Positions 62,871 to 64,000 of a DNA stretch of 64,000 bases are shown piece by piece (positions within the stretch are counted from its first letter, which is position 1; each line of letters opens with the position of its first letter). Source of the stretch: Gemmatimonadaceae bacterium (lineage in GTDB: Bacteria; Gemmatimonadota; Gemmatimonadetes; Gemmatimonadales; Gemmatimonadaceae); assembly GCA_044224875.1 (NCBI GenBank), contig JBGAJQ010000003.1:47529-111528 (forward strand), given 5' to 3'. The translations under genes and the position numbers were made by a program. The notes below the pieces were generated by a model. The model had not been told where the DNA came from. It did no database searches and saw only the letters and a list, made by a program, of their open reading frames with translations.

Positions 62871-64000
62871 GCAGGCCGCTCGTTCGCCGGGCTCGCATGG
62901 GTCGCCTTGCCTTGCGGTCGGGTGGCGCCTTCATGTTGCTACTGACGACAATGGCGCACGTGGGAAACCCGGACACGATCGTGGACGGCGCGGCGGGCCC
63001 GTACAAGGTGCGCGTGATCGTGCGGGCCCCGGACGTAATTCCGCAGCGCGCCGAAGTGTTCGTGAGGGTGCCGGGTGGGTCCGACGTGCGACGCGTGGCC
63101 GCCAGCGCCCGCTTCTGGGATGCAGGGGCACAGGGCGCCCCACCACCCGACGAGGCGCAGCGCGTCGCCGGTGACTCTACGCTGTGGACGGTGCAGTTGT
63201 GGCTGATGCGACAGGGATCGTATGCGATCAGCGTGGACGTCGAGGGGTCGTTGGGCTCAGGGACGTTACTCGTGCCGCTCACCGCCACCGCGCTGGTGGT
63301 AAAACCCATGAGCGTGGGGCTTCGTTTGCTCCTGGCGGCGCTGGTCAGCATTCTGGCGGCCAGTCTCATCTCGATTGTCGGCGCGTCGGTGAAGGAAGGG
63401 AAGCTGCCTGGCGGCGAACACGCGAACGACTCAACCCGCGCGGCGGCCGTCAGGGCGCGTGTCCTCACCACGGGCGTGATCCTGGCAACGCTCGTCGCCA
63501 TCGGCTTTTGGTGGCGAGACGTAGATCGGCAACACCGTGCATTTCTCTATCGGCCGACGCCGATGACGGTCTCCACGCCTGCGGCGGCTGGGATGACGGT
63601 GCTTCGCGTGTCTTTCCGATCCGCCGAGCCCAAACGACGCACAAAGCAGGTGGCTCGTTCGGACGAGGGGCTCGACGACGGTCCGGCAGATCGAACGACG
63701 CCCTTGATTCCCGACCACGGTAAGCTGATGCACCTGTTCGTGGTTCGGTCTGACCGGACCTTCCTGGCGCACCTTCATCCACTCCGCACCGATTCGGGGA
63801 CCTTCGAGGCGGCGCTTCCTCCGCTCGCCAAAGGAAGCTATCTCCTGTTTGCCGACGTCCTCCAGCAGAGTGGATTTGCCCAGACGCTTGTGGCGCGCGA
63901 CACGCTGGTGAGCGAGACCACCCGGTGGACGCCAACCGACTCGGACGACGCCATGCACGAGGCGTCGGAGGCCACCGCGCTCCCGCATCGTGCGACACTC
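62867..64000 (+). CDS. Exported two-TM protein with AHVG N-terminus and His-rich C-terminal domain (PmoB-like topology; runs off the window)
   Basis: Not in the ORF track; open from ATG 62867 (ATGA overlap) to the window end: ...LLLTTMAHVGNPD...GPY..., two TM helices, LIPDHGKLMHLFVVR...FLAHLHP. Confidence 0.75.
   Translation, partial: MSRPLVRRARMGRLALRSGGAFMLLLTTMAHVGNPDTIVDGAAGPYKVRVIVRAPDVIPQRAEVFVRVPGGSDVRRVAASARFWDAGAQGAPPPDEAQRVAGDSTLWTVQLWLMRQGSYAISVDVEGSLGSGTLLVPLTATALVVKPMSVGLRLLLAALVSILAASLISIVGASVKEGKLPGGEHANDSTRAAAVRARVLTTGVILATLVAIGFWWRDVDRQHRAFLYRPTPMTVSTPAAAGMTVLRVSFRSAEPKRRTKQVARSDEGLDDGPADRTTPLIPDHGKLMHLFVVRSDRTFLAHLHPLRTDSGTFEAALPPLAKGSYLLFADVLQQSGFAQTLVARDTLVSETTRWTPTDSDDAMHEASEATALPHRATL

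Overview
GC-rich (roughly two-thirds G+C by eye), densely coding bacterial DNA. Gene content and protein style suggest Gemmatimonadota (inference). About 60 CDS; I recognised no rRNA, tRNA, CRISPR array, transposase or integrase. Housekeeping genes (acs, ppa, ctaA/ctaB, DsbA-VKOR, sthA, ggt, malQ-MFS-GH13, two TonB-dependent receptors) are interspersed with uncharacterised genes. Main highlights: (1) At the right edge, a two-gene unit resembles a highly diverged copper membrane monooxygenase. One membrane protein carries both PmoC/AmoC-type metal motifs (D-x3-H-x12-H and D-x3-H-x13-H) followed by a PmoA-like C-terminal half. It is coupled to a protein with PmoB-like topology (signal peptide, His at the likely mature N-terminus, two central TM helices, His-rich C-terminal domain). 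(2) A translationally coupled six-gene cobalamin methyl-transfer operon (non-pyrrolysine MttB-family enzyme, corrinoid protein, RACo/RamA activator, MetH-reactivation-like domain, homocysteine methyltransferase, small unknown) has no folate-binding module. (3) The octamer GCCTAACG/CGTTAGGC occurs at least 32 times in both orientations and often imposes rare codons. (4) An ACP-less FabF/SRPBCC/methyltransferase/flavin-enzyme/DUF92 cluster. (5) Two nearby genes (an APC permease and a TonB-dependent receptor) are each broken by a frameshifting internal deletion. All family assignments come from motif recognition by eye; no searches were run.
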